A stretch of DNA of 64,000 nt from the NCBI GenBank assembly GCA_963674945.2, contig CAXXWQ010000004.1, positions 480,001 to 544,000 on the forward strand, given 5' to 3'. The translations under genes and the position numbers were made by a program. The notes under the pieces were generated by a model. It did not search any database. It saw only the letters and a list, made by a program, of their open reading frames with translations, and was not told the DNA's origin. Positions 30,078 to 39,651 of the stretch are shown here, piece after piece. The stretch comes from an uncultured Desulfosarcina sp. GTDB lineage: Bacteria; Desulfobacterota; Desulfobacteria; Desulfobacterales; Desulfosarcinaceae. Numbering within the stretch: the stretch's first letter is position 1; each line of letters begins with the position of its first letter.

Positions 30078-31088
30078 TCATCGCCAGATACCGGCAATTT
30101 GCGTCCCACATGAAGGACAACATCCCTTTGCAAGGTGATTTGGACCGATTTCAAAATGGGAACGTTTTAGCAGAAGTTTTCGGCAGTTCGGACAATAGGT
30201 GTCCGATCCCTCATTGACATTACCCAAATAGACATGGCGCAACCCTTGTCCCACACCGATTTTCCGGGCTCTTCGCAGGGCCTCGATTGATGTAACCGAG
30301 TGACTGGCAAAACGGTACTCCGGATAAAAACGAATAAGGTGCCAGGGGATATTCTCATCTATACCCGCGATGAATGCCGAGGTCCGTCTGATTTCCTCAT
30401 CAGAATCATTCTCCCCTGAAATCAGCAGCGTCGTCACTTCCAGCCAGATGCCGAGGGACTTCATGGAAGCGATAAAATCCAGTACCGGTTGTCGTCGCGC
30501 CTTGCAAACCTTGCTGTAGTAAATGTCGCTGAAGCTTTTCAGGTCGACATTGACTGCATCGAGGTAAGGCGCGATTGTACCTGTCGCCTGCCGACTCATG
30601 TAGCCGTTGGTAACAAACACATTGGAAATTCCCTCTTTCCTGGCCAGCCGGGCGATGTCGTAGGCGTACTCGAAAAACACCGTTGGTTCGGTGTATGTGT
30701 AAGCAATGCATCGGCAGCCGTGTTGTTTGGCTGCCATCACGACCTGTTGTGGTGTCATTGTCCGAGAAAGGGGCATCTCGCAAGCATCCCGGGCTGCCTG
30801 GGATACCTGCCAGTTCTGACAGAAGGCACACTGAAAATTACAGCCGACGATAGCAACGGAGAGGGCTCGGGAGCCGGGTAGAAAATGAAACAGCGGCTGT
30901 TTTTCGACAGGATCGACGTTGGCTGATACGGTTTCACCATAAAACAGTGTATAGAGCCGACCGTCTTGGTTTTGTCGAACACGGCAAATGCCATACCCGC
31001 CCTGGGGGATCAGGCATCGATGGGAACACAAATGGCAATGAATCTGCCCGCCTTCGAGCTTGTCATAATGCATCGCTTCATGTTTCAT
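30078..31088 (-). CDS. amrS: AmmeMemoRadiSam system radical SAM enzyme
   Basis: CHLCSHRC...GICRVR, DPVEKQPLFHFLPG, GCNFQCAFCQNW, IAYTYTEPT and a C-terminal CPNC/CPSC. The start is taken at MKHEAM. Confidence 0.9.
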   Translation of the reverse strand: MKHEAMHYDKLEGGQIHCHLCSHRCLIPQGGYGICRVRQNQDGRLYTLFYGETVSANVDPVEKQPLFHFLPGSRALSVAIVGCNFQCAFCQNWQVSQAARDACEMPLSRTMTPQQVVMAAKQHGCRCIAYTYTEPTVFFEYAYDIARLARKEGISNVFVTNGYMSRQATGTIAPYLDAVNVDLKSFSDIYYSKVCKARRQPVLDFIASMKSLGIWLEVTTLLISGENDSDEEIRRTSAFIAGIDENIPWHLIRFYPEYRFASHSVTSIEALRRARKIGVGQGLRHVYLGNVNEGSDTYCPNCRKLLLKRSHFEIGPNHLAKGCCPSCGTQIAGIWR

Positions 31089-31236
31089 TTTGCTTCTCTT
31101 CAGTAAATGGCTTGTGTCCGATTCCGCGGATAACTGCGTGGTGAGTCGTACTGGATGCACCTATGGATGAGTTTCGAGACATGACACGAAACATACGAGT
31201 TGATTTGATGGTATGTCAATTTATTTTTATTCACCG

Positions 31237-31284
31237 ACCACCCGCTGAGCGGGCGGTTTGATGAAGCCCCCTCCGAATGGGCTT
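31237..31284. repeat. Twin-hairpin element, possibly an orphan IS200/IS605 end or REP-like palindrome
   Basis: ACCACCCGC-TGA-GCGGGCGGT followed by AAGCCC-N9-GGGCTT; no transposase nearby. Confidence 0.4.
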
Positions 31285-31298
31285 GAAACCGGATTAAT

Positions 31299-31480
31299 GG
31301 ACGTCGAACATCGAACTTCCAACATCGAACGTTGAATAAGGAATTCTATCCTTTTTAAAACAAAGCCCTCATTTTTATCCTACCTGGAAATGGCAAAAAA
31401 ATGCTATCTTATTAAAAACGATGGAGCGAAGCGATCGCATCATTCGACGTTGGACGTTCGATGTTCAATGTTCGATGTTT
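31299..31480. repeat. Inverted pair of heptamer tandem arrays (GAACATC / GATGTTC)
   Basis: Left arm GGACGTC GAACATC GAACTTC CAACATC GAACGTT GAAT; right arm ATTC GACGTTG GACGTTC GATGTTC AATGTTC GATGTTT; AT-rich spacer of about 100 nt. Confidence 0.8.
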
Positions 31481-31558
31481 CTGAGGACAATACAAAAATT
31501 CGTGAAAATGTCCTGCACTGTGTTTGCCAGTATGGTACACTTTTTCAGAGGAGTAAAA

Positions 31559-32089
31559 ATGCTTTACAAATTCGACGGAAGGCAACCGGTAGTGGGAAAA
31601 GATTCATATGTGAGTGACATCGCAAGCGTCATTGGTGACGTCGTTATCGGAGATAATTGCTATATTGGACATGGTGCCATCGTAAGGGGTGATTATGGTA
31701 GAATTGAGATCGGGGATGGTACAGCGGTAGAAGAAGGTGTAATCATTCACGCGCCACCTGACGATGTGCACAGCATTGGAAAAAAGGTTACGATTGGTCA
31801 CGGTGCAGTAATACACGGTAAATACATTGGTGACCAAGCCGTTATTGGCATGGGCGCCGTGGTCAGTATTTGGGCAGAAATTGGAGAATGGGCAATTGTC
31901 GCGGAAGGAAGTGTTGTCAAGCTGAAACAGATCATTCCACCGAAGGTGGTCGCTGCCGGAAATCCGGCAAAAATCGTTCGAGAAATATCCGAGAAAGACA
32001 AAGAATTCTGGAATTGGGGCAAACAAATTTATATTGACTTGGCGAAAAAATATTTGAAAATTGGAATGGAACCCATCGGCACGGAGTAA
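31559..32089 (+). CDS. Gamma-carbonic anhydrase family (hexapeptide repeat) protein
   Basis: GAGGAG SD; VIGDVVIG, IVRGDYGRIEIG, IIHA, TIGHGAVIHG and IGMGA. Confidence 0.9.
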   Translation: MLYKFDGRQPVVGKDSYVSDIASVIGDVVIGDNCYIGHGAIVRGDYGRIEIGDGTAVEEGVIIHAPPDDVHSIGKKVTIGHGAVIHGKYIGDQAVIGMGAVVSIWAEIGEWAIVAEGSVVKLKQIIPPKVVAAGNPAKIVREISEKDKEFWNWGKQIYIDLAKKYLKIGMEPIGTE

Positions 32090-32146
32090 AATCATACAAG
32101 TACCGCGACAGGCCTCTGGCGCGCACGCAAAGGGGGACAGAGCTTC

Positions 32147-33952
32147 ATGGAGTTCATTGATTTTTCCAGCATGCACGCCATGCTGAAACAGACGGTCGAC
32201 CGATGTGGAGAGGCCATTGCCTATAAGTGGTTTACGGGGCCCGGACAAACCGATTCGGTGACCTGGAACCGGTTTTACGATCAAGTACGGCAGGTGGGCA
32301 AATCACTCATCGCGCTGGGGGTGGAAAAAGGCAACAAGGTCAACATCCTCAGCTATTCACGCTATCAGTGGGTACTTTGCGACATGGGCATCACCAGTAT
32401 CGGATCGGTGACCGTGGGCATCTACCAGTCCGACCTGCCCAAAAATGTCCGTTATATTGTCGATCACTCGGATGCGGTGGCAATATTTGTCGAGGACAAC
32501 GCACAACTGGCCAAGTTGATGGAAATCCGGCCCGAGATTCCCGACATCCGCAAGGTGATTCTCTTTTCCGGTGATGTACCGGAAGACGATTGGATCATCG
32601 GCTTCGAAGAGTTTCTGTCATTGGGGGAAAATATCTCCGATGCCGATTTCGATGCAAGGACAAGCACCGTGATACCGTCAGACCCGGCGGGCATCGTTTA
32701 CACCTCCGGAACGACAGGAACCCCCAAAGGCGCGGTGCTGACCCACGATAACATTACGTTTACGGCCCAGTCGGTCAAAGGCAGCACCAATATCATCGAT
32801 GGGGATGAAGGGTTTTTATTCCTGCCGCTGGCCCACGTCTTCGCTCGCACCTGTGTCTATACCGCAGTCCTGACCGGGTGTTCCATGACATTCACCCGCA
32901 GCGTTGAAACCATTGCCGAAGATATCCGTACGGCCAGGCCCCACTGGTTTGCCAGCGTGCCCCGCGTTCTCGAAAAAGTCTACGCCAGGGTCATCGGCAG
33001 CGCGGAAGCCAAAGGTGGCGCAGCACTGAAAATATTCCGGTGGGCCTGGACAGTGGGAGACGCGGTCAGCGACGTAAAGCTTAAGAAGCAACCTGTCCCC
33101 ATCGGGCTGCAATTCAAGTATGCAGTGGCAACGAAGCTGGTCTTCCGCAAGGTGCAGGCCGCCCTGGGCGGCAGGGTCAAATGGTGCATCAGCGGAGCAG
33201 CACCATTGAATCCCTCCATCGCCAAATTCTTTCACGCCGCCGGCATCTTGATCGTCGAGGGCCTCGGTATGACGGAGAACACATCGTTTTCAAATCTCAA
33301 CCGTTATGACAACTATCGTTTTGGCTGGGTTGGCCCTCCAGGACCCGGCATCGAGCAGAAAACTGCCGATGACGGTGAAGTGATGTTTCGTGGCAGAAAC
33401 GTCATGAAAGAATATTACAAAATGCCGGAAGCGTCGGCTGAAACCATAACGCCCGACGGGTGGCTGTACACCGGCGACCTGGGTGAAATCGGCAGGGAAA
33501 ACTTTTTACGAATCACCGGCAGGAAAAAGGACATCATCATCACTGCCGGAGGAAAAAATATTTCACCTTCCGCCATAGAAGGAGTCATCGCAACGTCCAA
33601 GTATATCAATCAGATATGCATCATTGGAGACAAGCGAAAATTCCTCACCGCACTCGTCACCCTTGATCCTGACAATGTGCAGGAATGGTCACAGGCCCGG
33701 GGCATCCCTTTCAACTCAATGGAAGAGTTGATCACCGACGAAAAGGTGATCGCGATGATAGAAAAGGAAGTGACGGAGAAGAACAGGGAATTCGCCAGTT
33801 TTCAAACAATCAAGAAGATCTCCATCGTACCGGAATTCACCATCGAAAACGGCCTGCTGACACCGACCATGAAACTTAAAAAGAGAGAAGTAATCACGAA
33901 ATACGAGGAAACGATCAACGAAATGTATTTGGATAAATCGGCAAAAGTATAA
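32147..33952 (+). CDS. Long-chain fatty acid--CoA ligase
   Basis: AMP-binding motif YTSGTTGTPKG; EGLGMTE; GWLYTGDLG; GRKKDIIITAGGKNISP; LLTPTMKLK. Confidence 0.93.
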   Translation: MEFIDFSSMHAMLKQTVDRCGEAIAYKWFTGPGQTDSVTWNRFYDQVRQVGKSLIALGVEKGNKVNILSYSRYQWVLCDMGITSIGSVTVGIYQSDLPKNVRYIVDHSDAVAIFVEDNAQLAKLMEIRPEIPDIRKVILFSGDVPEDDWIIGFEEFLSLGENISDADFDARTSTVIPSDPAGIVYTSGTTGTPKGAVLTHDNITFTAQSVKGSTNIIDGDEGFLFLPLAHVFARTCVYTAVLTGCSMTFTRSVETIAEDIRTARPHWFASVPRVLEKVYARVIGSAEAKGGAALKIFRWAWTVGDAVSDVKLKKQPVPIGLQFKYAVATKLVFRKVQAALGGRVKWCISGAAPLNPSIAKFFHAAGILIVEGLGMTENTSFSNLNRYDNYRFGWVGPPGPGIEQKTADDGEVMFRGRNVMKEYYKMPEASAETITPDGWLYTGDLGEIGRENFLRITGRKKDIIITAGGKNISPSAIEGVIATSKYINQICIIGDKRKFLTALVTLDPDNVQEWSQARGIPFNSMEELITDEKVIAMIEKEVTEKNREFASFQTIKKISIVPEFTIENGLLTPTMKLKKREVITKYEETINEMYLDKSAKV

Positions 33953-33972
33953 ATGGTTACGTTTTCGGATGA

Positions 33973-33997
33973 GAAGATCTGCCTCCGGTGGATCTTT
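33973..33997. terminator. Possible bidirectional hairpin terminator between convergent genes
   Basis: GAAGATCTGCC-TCC-GGTGGATCTTT stem with G-U pairs. Confidence 0.4.
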
Positions 33998-34002
33998 CGC
34001 GC

Positions 34003-34737
34003 CTATAAAACCTGACTCAAAAAGAGCTTTGTGCGTTCTTCGGTGGGGTTGGTAAAAAAATGCTCGGGCGTTCCCTCTTCGACCATTTTCCCTTCGTCCA
34101 TGAACAGAACGCGGTCGGCCACCTCCCGGGCAAAGCCCATTTCGTGGGTAACCACGCACATGGTCATTCCCTCGCGGGCCAGTTGCTTCATGACGTCCAG
34201 TACTTCGCCCACCATCTCGGGGTCCAGTGCCGATGTGGGCTCGTCGAAGAGCATGACTTTGGGGTCCATGGCCAAAGCCCGGGCGATGGCCACACGCTGT
34301 TGCTGACCGCCGGACAGCCGGGACGGGTATTCGCTTTCCTTCTCCGCGATACCCACCTTCTTCAAAAGGTCCCTGGCTTTGATTTCGGCATCTTTCCGCG
34401 ATCGGCGGCGCACCACCTGCTGGGCCAACGTCAGGTTCTGGAGCACGGTTTTATGGGGAAACAGGTTGAATTGCTGAAACACCATGCCGACCTCGGCACG
34501 CACCTTGTTCAGATCCGTCTTGCGGGCCGTCAGGTCCACACCGTCGATAATGATCCGTCCCGCATCGAAGGTTTCAAGGGCATTGATGCAGCGCAGAAAG
34601 GTGGATTTACCTGACCCTGACGGCCCTATGACCACCACCACTTCCCCCTGACCGATTTCTGTTGAAACGCCATCCACGGCACGTACGGTTACACCGCGGC
34701 CGGTAAAAATTTTTACGACGTCTTGTGCTTTAATCAC
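34003..34737 (-). CDS. Polar amino acid ABC transporter ATP-binding protein
   Basis: [24 protein letters not shown] and [12 protein letters not shown]. Confidence 0.95.
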   Translation of the reverse strand: MIKAQDVVKIFTGRGVTVRAVDGVSTEIGQGEVVVVIGPSGSGKSTFLRCINALETFDAGRIIIDGVDLTARKTDLNKVRAEVGMVFQQFNLFPHKTVLQNLTLAQQVVRRRSRKDAEIKARDLLKKVGIAEKESEYPSRLSGGQQQRVAIARALAMDPKVMLFDEPTSALDPEMVGEVLDVMKQLAREGMTMCVVTHEMGFAREVADRVLFMDEGKMVEEGTPEHFFTNPTEERTKLFLSQVL

Positions 34738-35701
34738 TGACGGACAACCTCCGTTCCATATAAAAGACCAGTTGAGACAAGAGTGACGTGACCACGAGAT
34801 ACATGGCGGCTACCGTCAGCCAGACCTCAAACGTGGCAAATGTGCTTGTGATGATTTCCCGGCCCGATTTGGTCAGATCGGTGATGGCGATGACCGATAC
34901 CAGGGACGAATCCTTGATCAAACTGATGAACTGGCCGGCCAGAGGTGGCAGGATGCGCTTGAAGGCCTGGGGCAAAATGATGTGCGTCATGGCCTGCAGC
35001 GTACCCATGCCAAGGGATCGGGCGGCTTCGGTCTGTCCTCTGGGGATGGACTGGATTCCTGCGCGTACGATTTCTGCCACATAGGCCCCGGCAAAAATGG
35101 CCAGGGCGCCGACCCCGGCCACGTTGCGATTCAGGTTAAAGACCGTGCCGATAAAAAAGTAGGCGATAAAGATCTGGACCAAAAGCGGTGTGCCGCGGAT
35201 GAATTCCACATAGATGGCGGCCAGTCCCCGCAGGGTCGGATTTTTGGAGATCCGGCATAAGCCGGTGACAAGCCCGATAATCAGGGCCATGACACTGGCA
35301 ACCGCGGACAGCCATAAGGTGGTCCACAATCCTCTCATCAACGGGCCAAGCCGCCACTCTTTGACGAAGCCCACCGTATCGTCCTGAAACAGTTCATCAT
35401 TTTCGGATACGTTGACCAGATCACGGTCCACCTTCAGCGTCACGACCTCTTTGTCTTCAGAGACCAGCTGAACCACCGCTTTTTTCCCCTTCGAAACGAT
35501 GGACTGAACCCTGCCGTCAAAGGGAATCTTGATGGCGTTCTCACCCTGGTAGAAAAAATACTGCGGGACACGGTTCCAGCGCCAGGCGTAGTCGATTTTT
35601 TGGACAGCGCCCCATATGCCGGCGGCCAGACCGATGAGAATGGCCGCCAGCAGAAGCATCCAGGGGAGTCTTTTGGGCGTGGATTGGAGAGCGCCGGCCA
35701 T
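34730..35701 (-). CDS. Polar amino acid ABC transporter permease
   Basis: [36 protein letters not shown] and LIKDSSL. Confidence 0.95.
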   Translation of the reverse strand: MAGALQSTPKRLPWMLLLAAILIGLAAGIWGAVQKIDYAWRWNRVPQYFFYQGENAIKIPFDGRVQSIVSKGKKAVVQLVSEDKEVVTLKVDRDLVNVSENDELFQDDTVGFVKEWRLGPLMRGLWTTLWLSAVASVMALIIGLVTGLCRISKNPTLRGLAAIYVEFIRGTPLLVQIFIAYFFIGTVFNLNRNVAGVGALAIFAGAYVAEIVRAGIQSIPRGQTEAARSLGMGTLQAMTHIILPQAFKRILPPLAGQFISLIKDSSLVSVIAITDLTKSGREIITSTFATFEVWLTVAAMYLVVTSLLSQLVFYMERRLSVSD

Positions 35702-36502
35702 CTACTGCAGCTCTTTCATCCAGGCGTCGTCGACAAACCACTTGTGGTAGATCTTTTCGTAGGTTCCGTCTTTCTGGACCTGGTTGAGAAAGTTGTTCAA
35801 CCAGTTGACAAAGTCAAAATCGCCTTTGCGAACGGCCCATGCCAGCGGCTCATAGGTAAAGGGTGTATCCAGGTGCACGATCTTTCCCTGGCCCCGTTGG
35901 GAGATGGCAGCCGCGTTGTAGGGCATGTCATAGATAAAGGCGTCGATTTTGCCGTTGACCACCTCCAATACGCCCTCCTGCTCGGTTTCATAGGAGACGT
36001 ATTTGGCCCTGGGGATCATCCGCTTGGTGGCCTGTTCACCGGTGGTTCCCAACTTGGAGCCGACCTTGTACTTCTCGGTATTCAGGTCCTTGTAAGATTT
36101 GATCTGCCCGACCAGCTCTTTTCTCAATAAGATCGTCTGGCCGATGACAATATAGGGTTTGGCAAAGTTAATTTTCAAGTTGCGTTCCTGGGTCAGGGTC
36201 ATGCCCGACATAATAATATCGAACTTCTTGGTCAGCAGTGCGGGAATAATGCCGTCCCAGGCCGTGGAGACCAGCTCCAGTTTGACATTCATGGCCTTGG
36301 CCATTCGCTTGGCCATATCCACATCGAATCCGATTATCTCACCTTTTTGGTTCATCAGCTCAAACGGCATGTAACCGGGTTCCATGCCGACGCGCAGCGT
36401 GCCGCGTTCAAGAATGTCATCCAGGGATCCGGCCATAGCCAATCCGAAAGTAAAAACCGTGAGCATCATCGCTGCCAAACCGACCATCAAAATTCTTTTC
36501 AT
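35702..36502 (-). CDS. Polar amino acid ABC transporter substrate-binding protein
   Basis: Signal peptide; GYMPFE, GFDVDMA, WDGIIPALL and SGMTLTQER. Confidence 0.95.
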   Translation of the reverse strand: MKRILMVGLAAMMLTVFTFGLAMAGSLDDILERGTLRVGMEPGYMPFELMNQKGEIIGFDVDMAKRMAKAMNVKLELVSTAWDGIIPALLTKKFDIIMSGMTLTQERNLKINFAKPYIVIGQTILLRKELVGQIKSYKDLNTEKYKVGSKLGTTGEQATKRMIPRAKYVSYETEQEGVLEVVNGKIDAFIYDMPYNAAAISQRGQGKIVHLDTPFTYEPLAWAVRKGDFDFVNWLNNFLNQVQKDGTYEKIYHKWFVDDAWMKELQ

Positions 36503-36526
36503 CGTACCCTCCTTGGCTGAATCAAT

Positions 36527-36547
36527 AAAAAAGGCCGGTTACCCGGC
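36527..36547 (-). terminator. Intrinsic terminator between the small zinc-ribbon gene and the ABC operon
   Basis: Minus strand GCCGG-GTAA-CCGGC followed by CTTTTTT. Confidence 0.55.
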
Positions 36548-36564
36548 GCTGCATCTGTTCGTAG

Positions 36565-36738
36565 CTAATATGACTTTCCTTCATCCAGCAGTTCTTCAAT
36601 GACCATTCGGCTGCGGTCGCAATCCGGATTGGGGCAGAGCGGCAGGTCCTCCACCGGCAGGTAGACGATGGATCGTTGACCACACTTCGGACACCTGACC
36701 TGGACTGGTTCTTTGGCGCCTCGCTTCATGCTTGACAT
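36565..36738 (-). CDS. Small zinc-ribbon protein (54-57 aa; absent from the ORF track)
   Basis: Manual translation gives MSSMKRGAKEPVQVRCPKCGQRSIVYLPVEDLPLCPNPDCDRSRMVIEELLDEGKSY*. The AGGAGG SD is at 36740-36745, with better spacing to ATG 36729. Confidence 0.75.
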   Translation of the reverse strand: MSSMKRGAKEPVQVRCPKCGQRSIVYLPVEDLPLCPNPDCDRSRMVIEELLDEGKSY

Positions 36739-37124
36739 GCCTCCTGATTACATATGTGGTTCGAATTTTTTACAAGGTAATTATCTTCCATAACACAGGT
36801 TTTGGCCCATCACAATCGCATCGTTGAAAAAGTACTTTACCGTCTGACAATCACCTATCGCCGAATTATGGCAGCGGTCACGGGGATTGCGGTCACCGCG
36901 TTGCAAGACGGGTCCTCTTTTGGATAATCCGGCTTCGCTCGATGCAAAAAATCGATGTTGTGTGCACACTCATGCGTGCCGTTTATGAAGACGAACGCCG
37001 CGATAGCATCTTTTGGATCGAAGAGGTCCTGATTTTCACGGGAATTGAGATGGCTGAGAGGTAGCCGGCATCGGGTGAACGCCGTACGTCGTCAAATCAC
37101 TGACAATACTTTTTCAAAGGATTA

Positions 37125-37778
37125 TCACTGGTCGTGGATGTATCCCCGGGCGATGGCGTAGCGCACCAATTCGGCGGTTCGATTGAGATTCAGTTTTGAA
37201 CGGATGCTGGCATGGTGATGATGCACGGTGCGGGTGCTGATGCACAGTTTTTCACTGATGTTTCGGTCCGTATGGCCTTCGGCGATCAGCTGCAGCACCT
37301 GGCGCTCACGGCGCGTGAGGGGACTCGAGACAGCAGACCGGCCACCCTTGCAGACGGAGATGATATCCGTTGTATATTCGCCGACCAGTTTTCTGGACAG
37401 GTAGGTTTGACCGTTGCGGATTTGGTCGATGGCCTCGAGCAGTTCTTCGCAGGTATCCTCCTTGAGCAGGTAACCTTTGGCACCATGGGCGATGGACATG
37501 GAGAGAAACTCCCGTCGCTTGTACATGCTCAACATGAGCACATGGATTGCGGGATGTTGAGAAAGAATCTCTTTGGCCGCTTCGATACCGCGCATGCCGG
37601 GCATGGAGATGTCCATGATCACCATATCCGGAAGTGTTTTATTCACCAACTTGAGCAGCTTGAGCCCGTCTCCGACTTCCCCGATGACTTGGATGCCATC
37701 CACCCTATCGATGAGGTTCCGGATGCCTTGGCGAATCAGGGTATGATCATCGGCCAGAATAATGGTATACTCGCTCAT
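37125..37778 (-). CDS. NarL/LuxR-family response regulator
   Basis: IILADDH, DMVIMDISMPG and GYLLK; LuxR HTH LTRRERQVLQLIAEG...TVHHH. Confidence 0.94.
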   Translation of the reverse strand: MSEYTIILADDHTLIRQGIRNLIDRVDGIQVIGEVGDGLKLLKLVNKTLPDMVIMDISMPGMRGIEAAKEILSQHPAIHVLMLSMYKRREFLSMSIAHGAKGYLLKEDTCEELLEAIDQIRNGQTYLSRKLVGEYTTDIISVCKGGRSAVSSPLTRRERQVLQLIAEGHTDRNISEKLCISTRTVHHHHASIRSKLNLNRTAELVRYAIARGYIHDQ

Positions 37779-37782
37779 GGGT

Positions 37783-38682
37783 TTAACCCGATGTCCGACA
37801 ATGGGGCATCCGGACGATCAGTCGCGTACCCTTTCCGGTTTCACTATCGATGGAGAGAGTCGCTCCGATCATTCGGCACCGCAACGCCATGGCCGATAAT
37901 CCCATACCTCGTCTGGTGTGATTGCCGTTCCTGTAAATTTCTGGATCGAAGCCCACGCCGTTATCACTGATACGAATACGCAGATACGGATCGTCTTCAT
38001 CAGCAAAGACGGAAACCCGGGTTGCCTGTGCATGCTTGATGATGTTGGTCAATGCCTCCTGCAGGATGCGGAACAGACAGACCTTTGCATTGGGAGACCG
38101 GATGCCGTCGAGCCGTACAACATCAATCTCTACCTGAATGCCGGCGCCATTCGAAAATTCACTGAGGGCCTGCCTGACCGCCGCGGATAACCCGAGTACG
38201 TCCAGTTCCGCCAGGTTCAGTCCGTGCGCGAGGCTACGGATGTCGTTGATGATCTTGTCCGCGAACGTCAGCAGCTGGTTGCACTGGGTCCTTAATTCTG
38301 AGTCACCGGCCGGCAGGCCCCGTTGAAGACCTTTCAGGCGCAATTTCAGCACACTCAGGTCCTGTACGCATCCGTCATGAAGTTCCATGGCAATGCGCCG
38401 CTGCTCATCTTCCTGGATCGTCAACAGTTTGGCGGACAAATACCGGAGTGTATCCACGGACGTGCCGAGGCCCACCTCGGACCTGTCATCTTCATCATCC
38501 GCTGCTTCACCGGTTGTCTTCCCCATGGACGTTGGAATGGATGACCGGCTTTCTTTCGACCTTTTTGCTCCTGGAACTTTGTTTGGCGGGGATTCGAATA
38601 TAGGGGAAAGATTTGCGTCGGTTACCAGAATTACCATGGTTATTTTCCAGCGATAGATAGTCCAGAAATTGCCAATTCGCAC
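37783..38682 (-). CDS. Cytoplasmic HisKA_3 (NarX/UhpB-type) histidine kinase without an evident sensor domain; start uncertain
   Basis: QEDEQRRIAMELHDG, FRILQEALTNIIKHA, SDNGVGF, GMGL and GKGT; no TM segments. Confidence 0.85.
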   Translation of the reverse strand: MRIGNFWTIYRWKITMVILVTDANLSPIFESPPNKVPGAKRSKESRSSIPTSMGKTTGEAADDEDDRSEVGLGTSVDTLRYLSAKLLTIQEDEQRRIAMELHDGCVQDLSVLKLRLKGLQRGLPAGDSELRTQCNQLLTFADKIINDIRSLAHGLNLAELDVLGLSAAVRQALSEFSNGAGIQVEIDVVRLDGIRSPNAKVCLFRILQEALTNIIKHAQATRVSVFADEDDPYLRIRISDNGVGFDPEIYRNGNHTRRGMGLSAMALRCRMIGATLSIDSETGKGTRLIVRMPHCRTSG

Positions 38683-39042
38683 AATATCTTCGTTGTGCGA
38701 AAATTCTTATCCTCGAATTCTTAACCACCCGTATTCCCAGGGCACTTTTGTGAGGCGTCTCTTGAAAAAACTCTTATGGCGTTCCTGTCAGGTCTGATCT
38801 TCAACGGGAGGTCATGACAACATTTTCTGTTTCCGGTTAGATACTAACTACTACGAGAGACAATTGGCTTGACAGCGATCAATGGAAAATCTGGCAGCGA
38901 CGGTGTGTCCCGAACAATGATTTTTTCGAATAGCAGGTAGTCTGTATCAAATGACTGGCTGGTTATTAAACCAATATAAAGAAAGATTAAAAAATAGATG
39001 ATTGGATTTGTCAACTGATTTTATCATGTCATCGGTCAAAAT

Positions 39043-39058
39043 TAGGTAAAAATACCTA
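39043..39058. promoter_or_regulatory. Perfect palindromic operator candidate TAGGTA-N4-TACCTA
   Basis: Inverted repeat in the divergent intergenic region between the NarL-type pair and the EPS operon, upstream of a TTGAAA -35-like hexamer at 39092. Confidence 0.5.
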
Positions 39059-39651
39059 GAAAAAAGTCGAGAAATTAGTGACTTTTACGGATTGAAAAGG
39101 GTATTTGTTTACATTATATGTGAAAATAATCCCACAGTCAGTGGCCATTTCATCTAAAAAATTTCATACTGCCACTGAATCTATTAGGAATTTTAGGTAA
39201 TCAAAGTAACAATTTGTTTGGCTCTTGTCTCGGTGTCGTGGCGAAAAGATGGTCGCCTCGGCGATTGCTGTTTCCGAAAAAGCCTGTTCGCTACTGTTTG
39301 TCACATGGTAGGGCAAATAAATGTTTCCTTTGCGAATTTTTTCCATTCCTTATTTTTTTCCTTTCTATTCATGTTGGTCCGTTTGCGGTAATCGAAAGAC
39401 AAAACTGAATTCCTCTCCTGATGATTTTTTGCGACAGTTCTCACCAACCATCCTACCACACCGAAACAGGCCAATTGGCAGTACGAACACAAATTCTGCT
39501 GACGTTATGGATGCGGTATAGGAAACGGCCGAAACGTTAAAAACTGACTTTGGATTTGTAGCTCAGGAGGCGGAGCTATGCCCGGTAACCGAATGTTGTC
39601 TATGGCACGCATTGTCTCTGACCAAAGGTCCCATGGAGATTACTTCTCACA

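Noticed and set aside
31299..31480. Possible CRISPR array
   Set aside because: The units are 7-bp tandem repeats in inverted orientation with no unique spacers, and there are no cas genes in the window.
31421..31558. N-terminal extension of the gamma-CA ORF in the ORF track
   Set aside because: It runs through the heptamer repeat. The SD and family homology begin at ATG 31559.
39305..39600. c-di-GMP-I riboswitch suggested by GGGCAAA
   Set aside because: The GAAA-capped stem and the GCAAAG/P2 elements that should follow are absent.
39603..39618. Sigma54 promoter-like TGGCAC upstream of the EPS operon
   Set aside because: There is no GC at the -12 position (GG-N10-CT).
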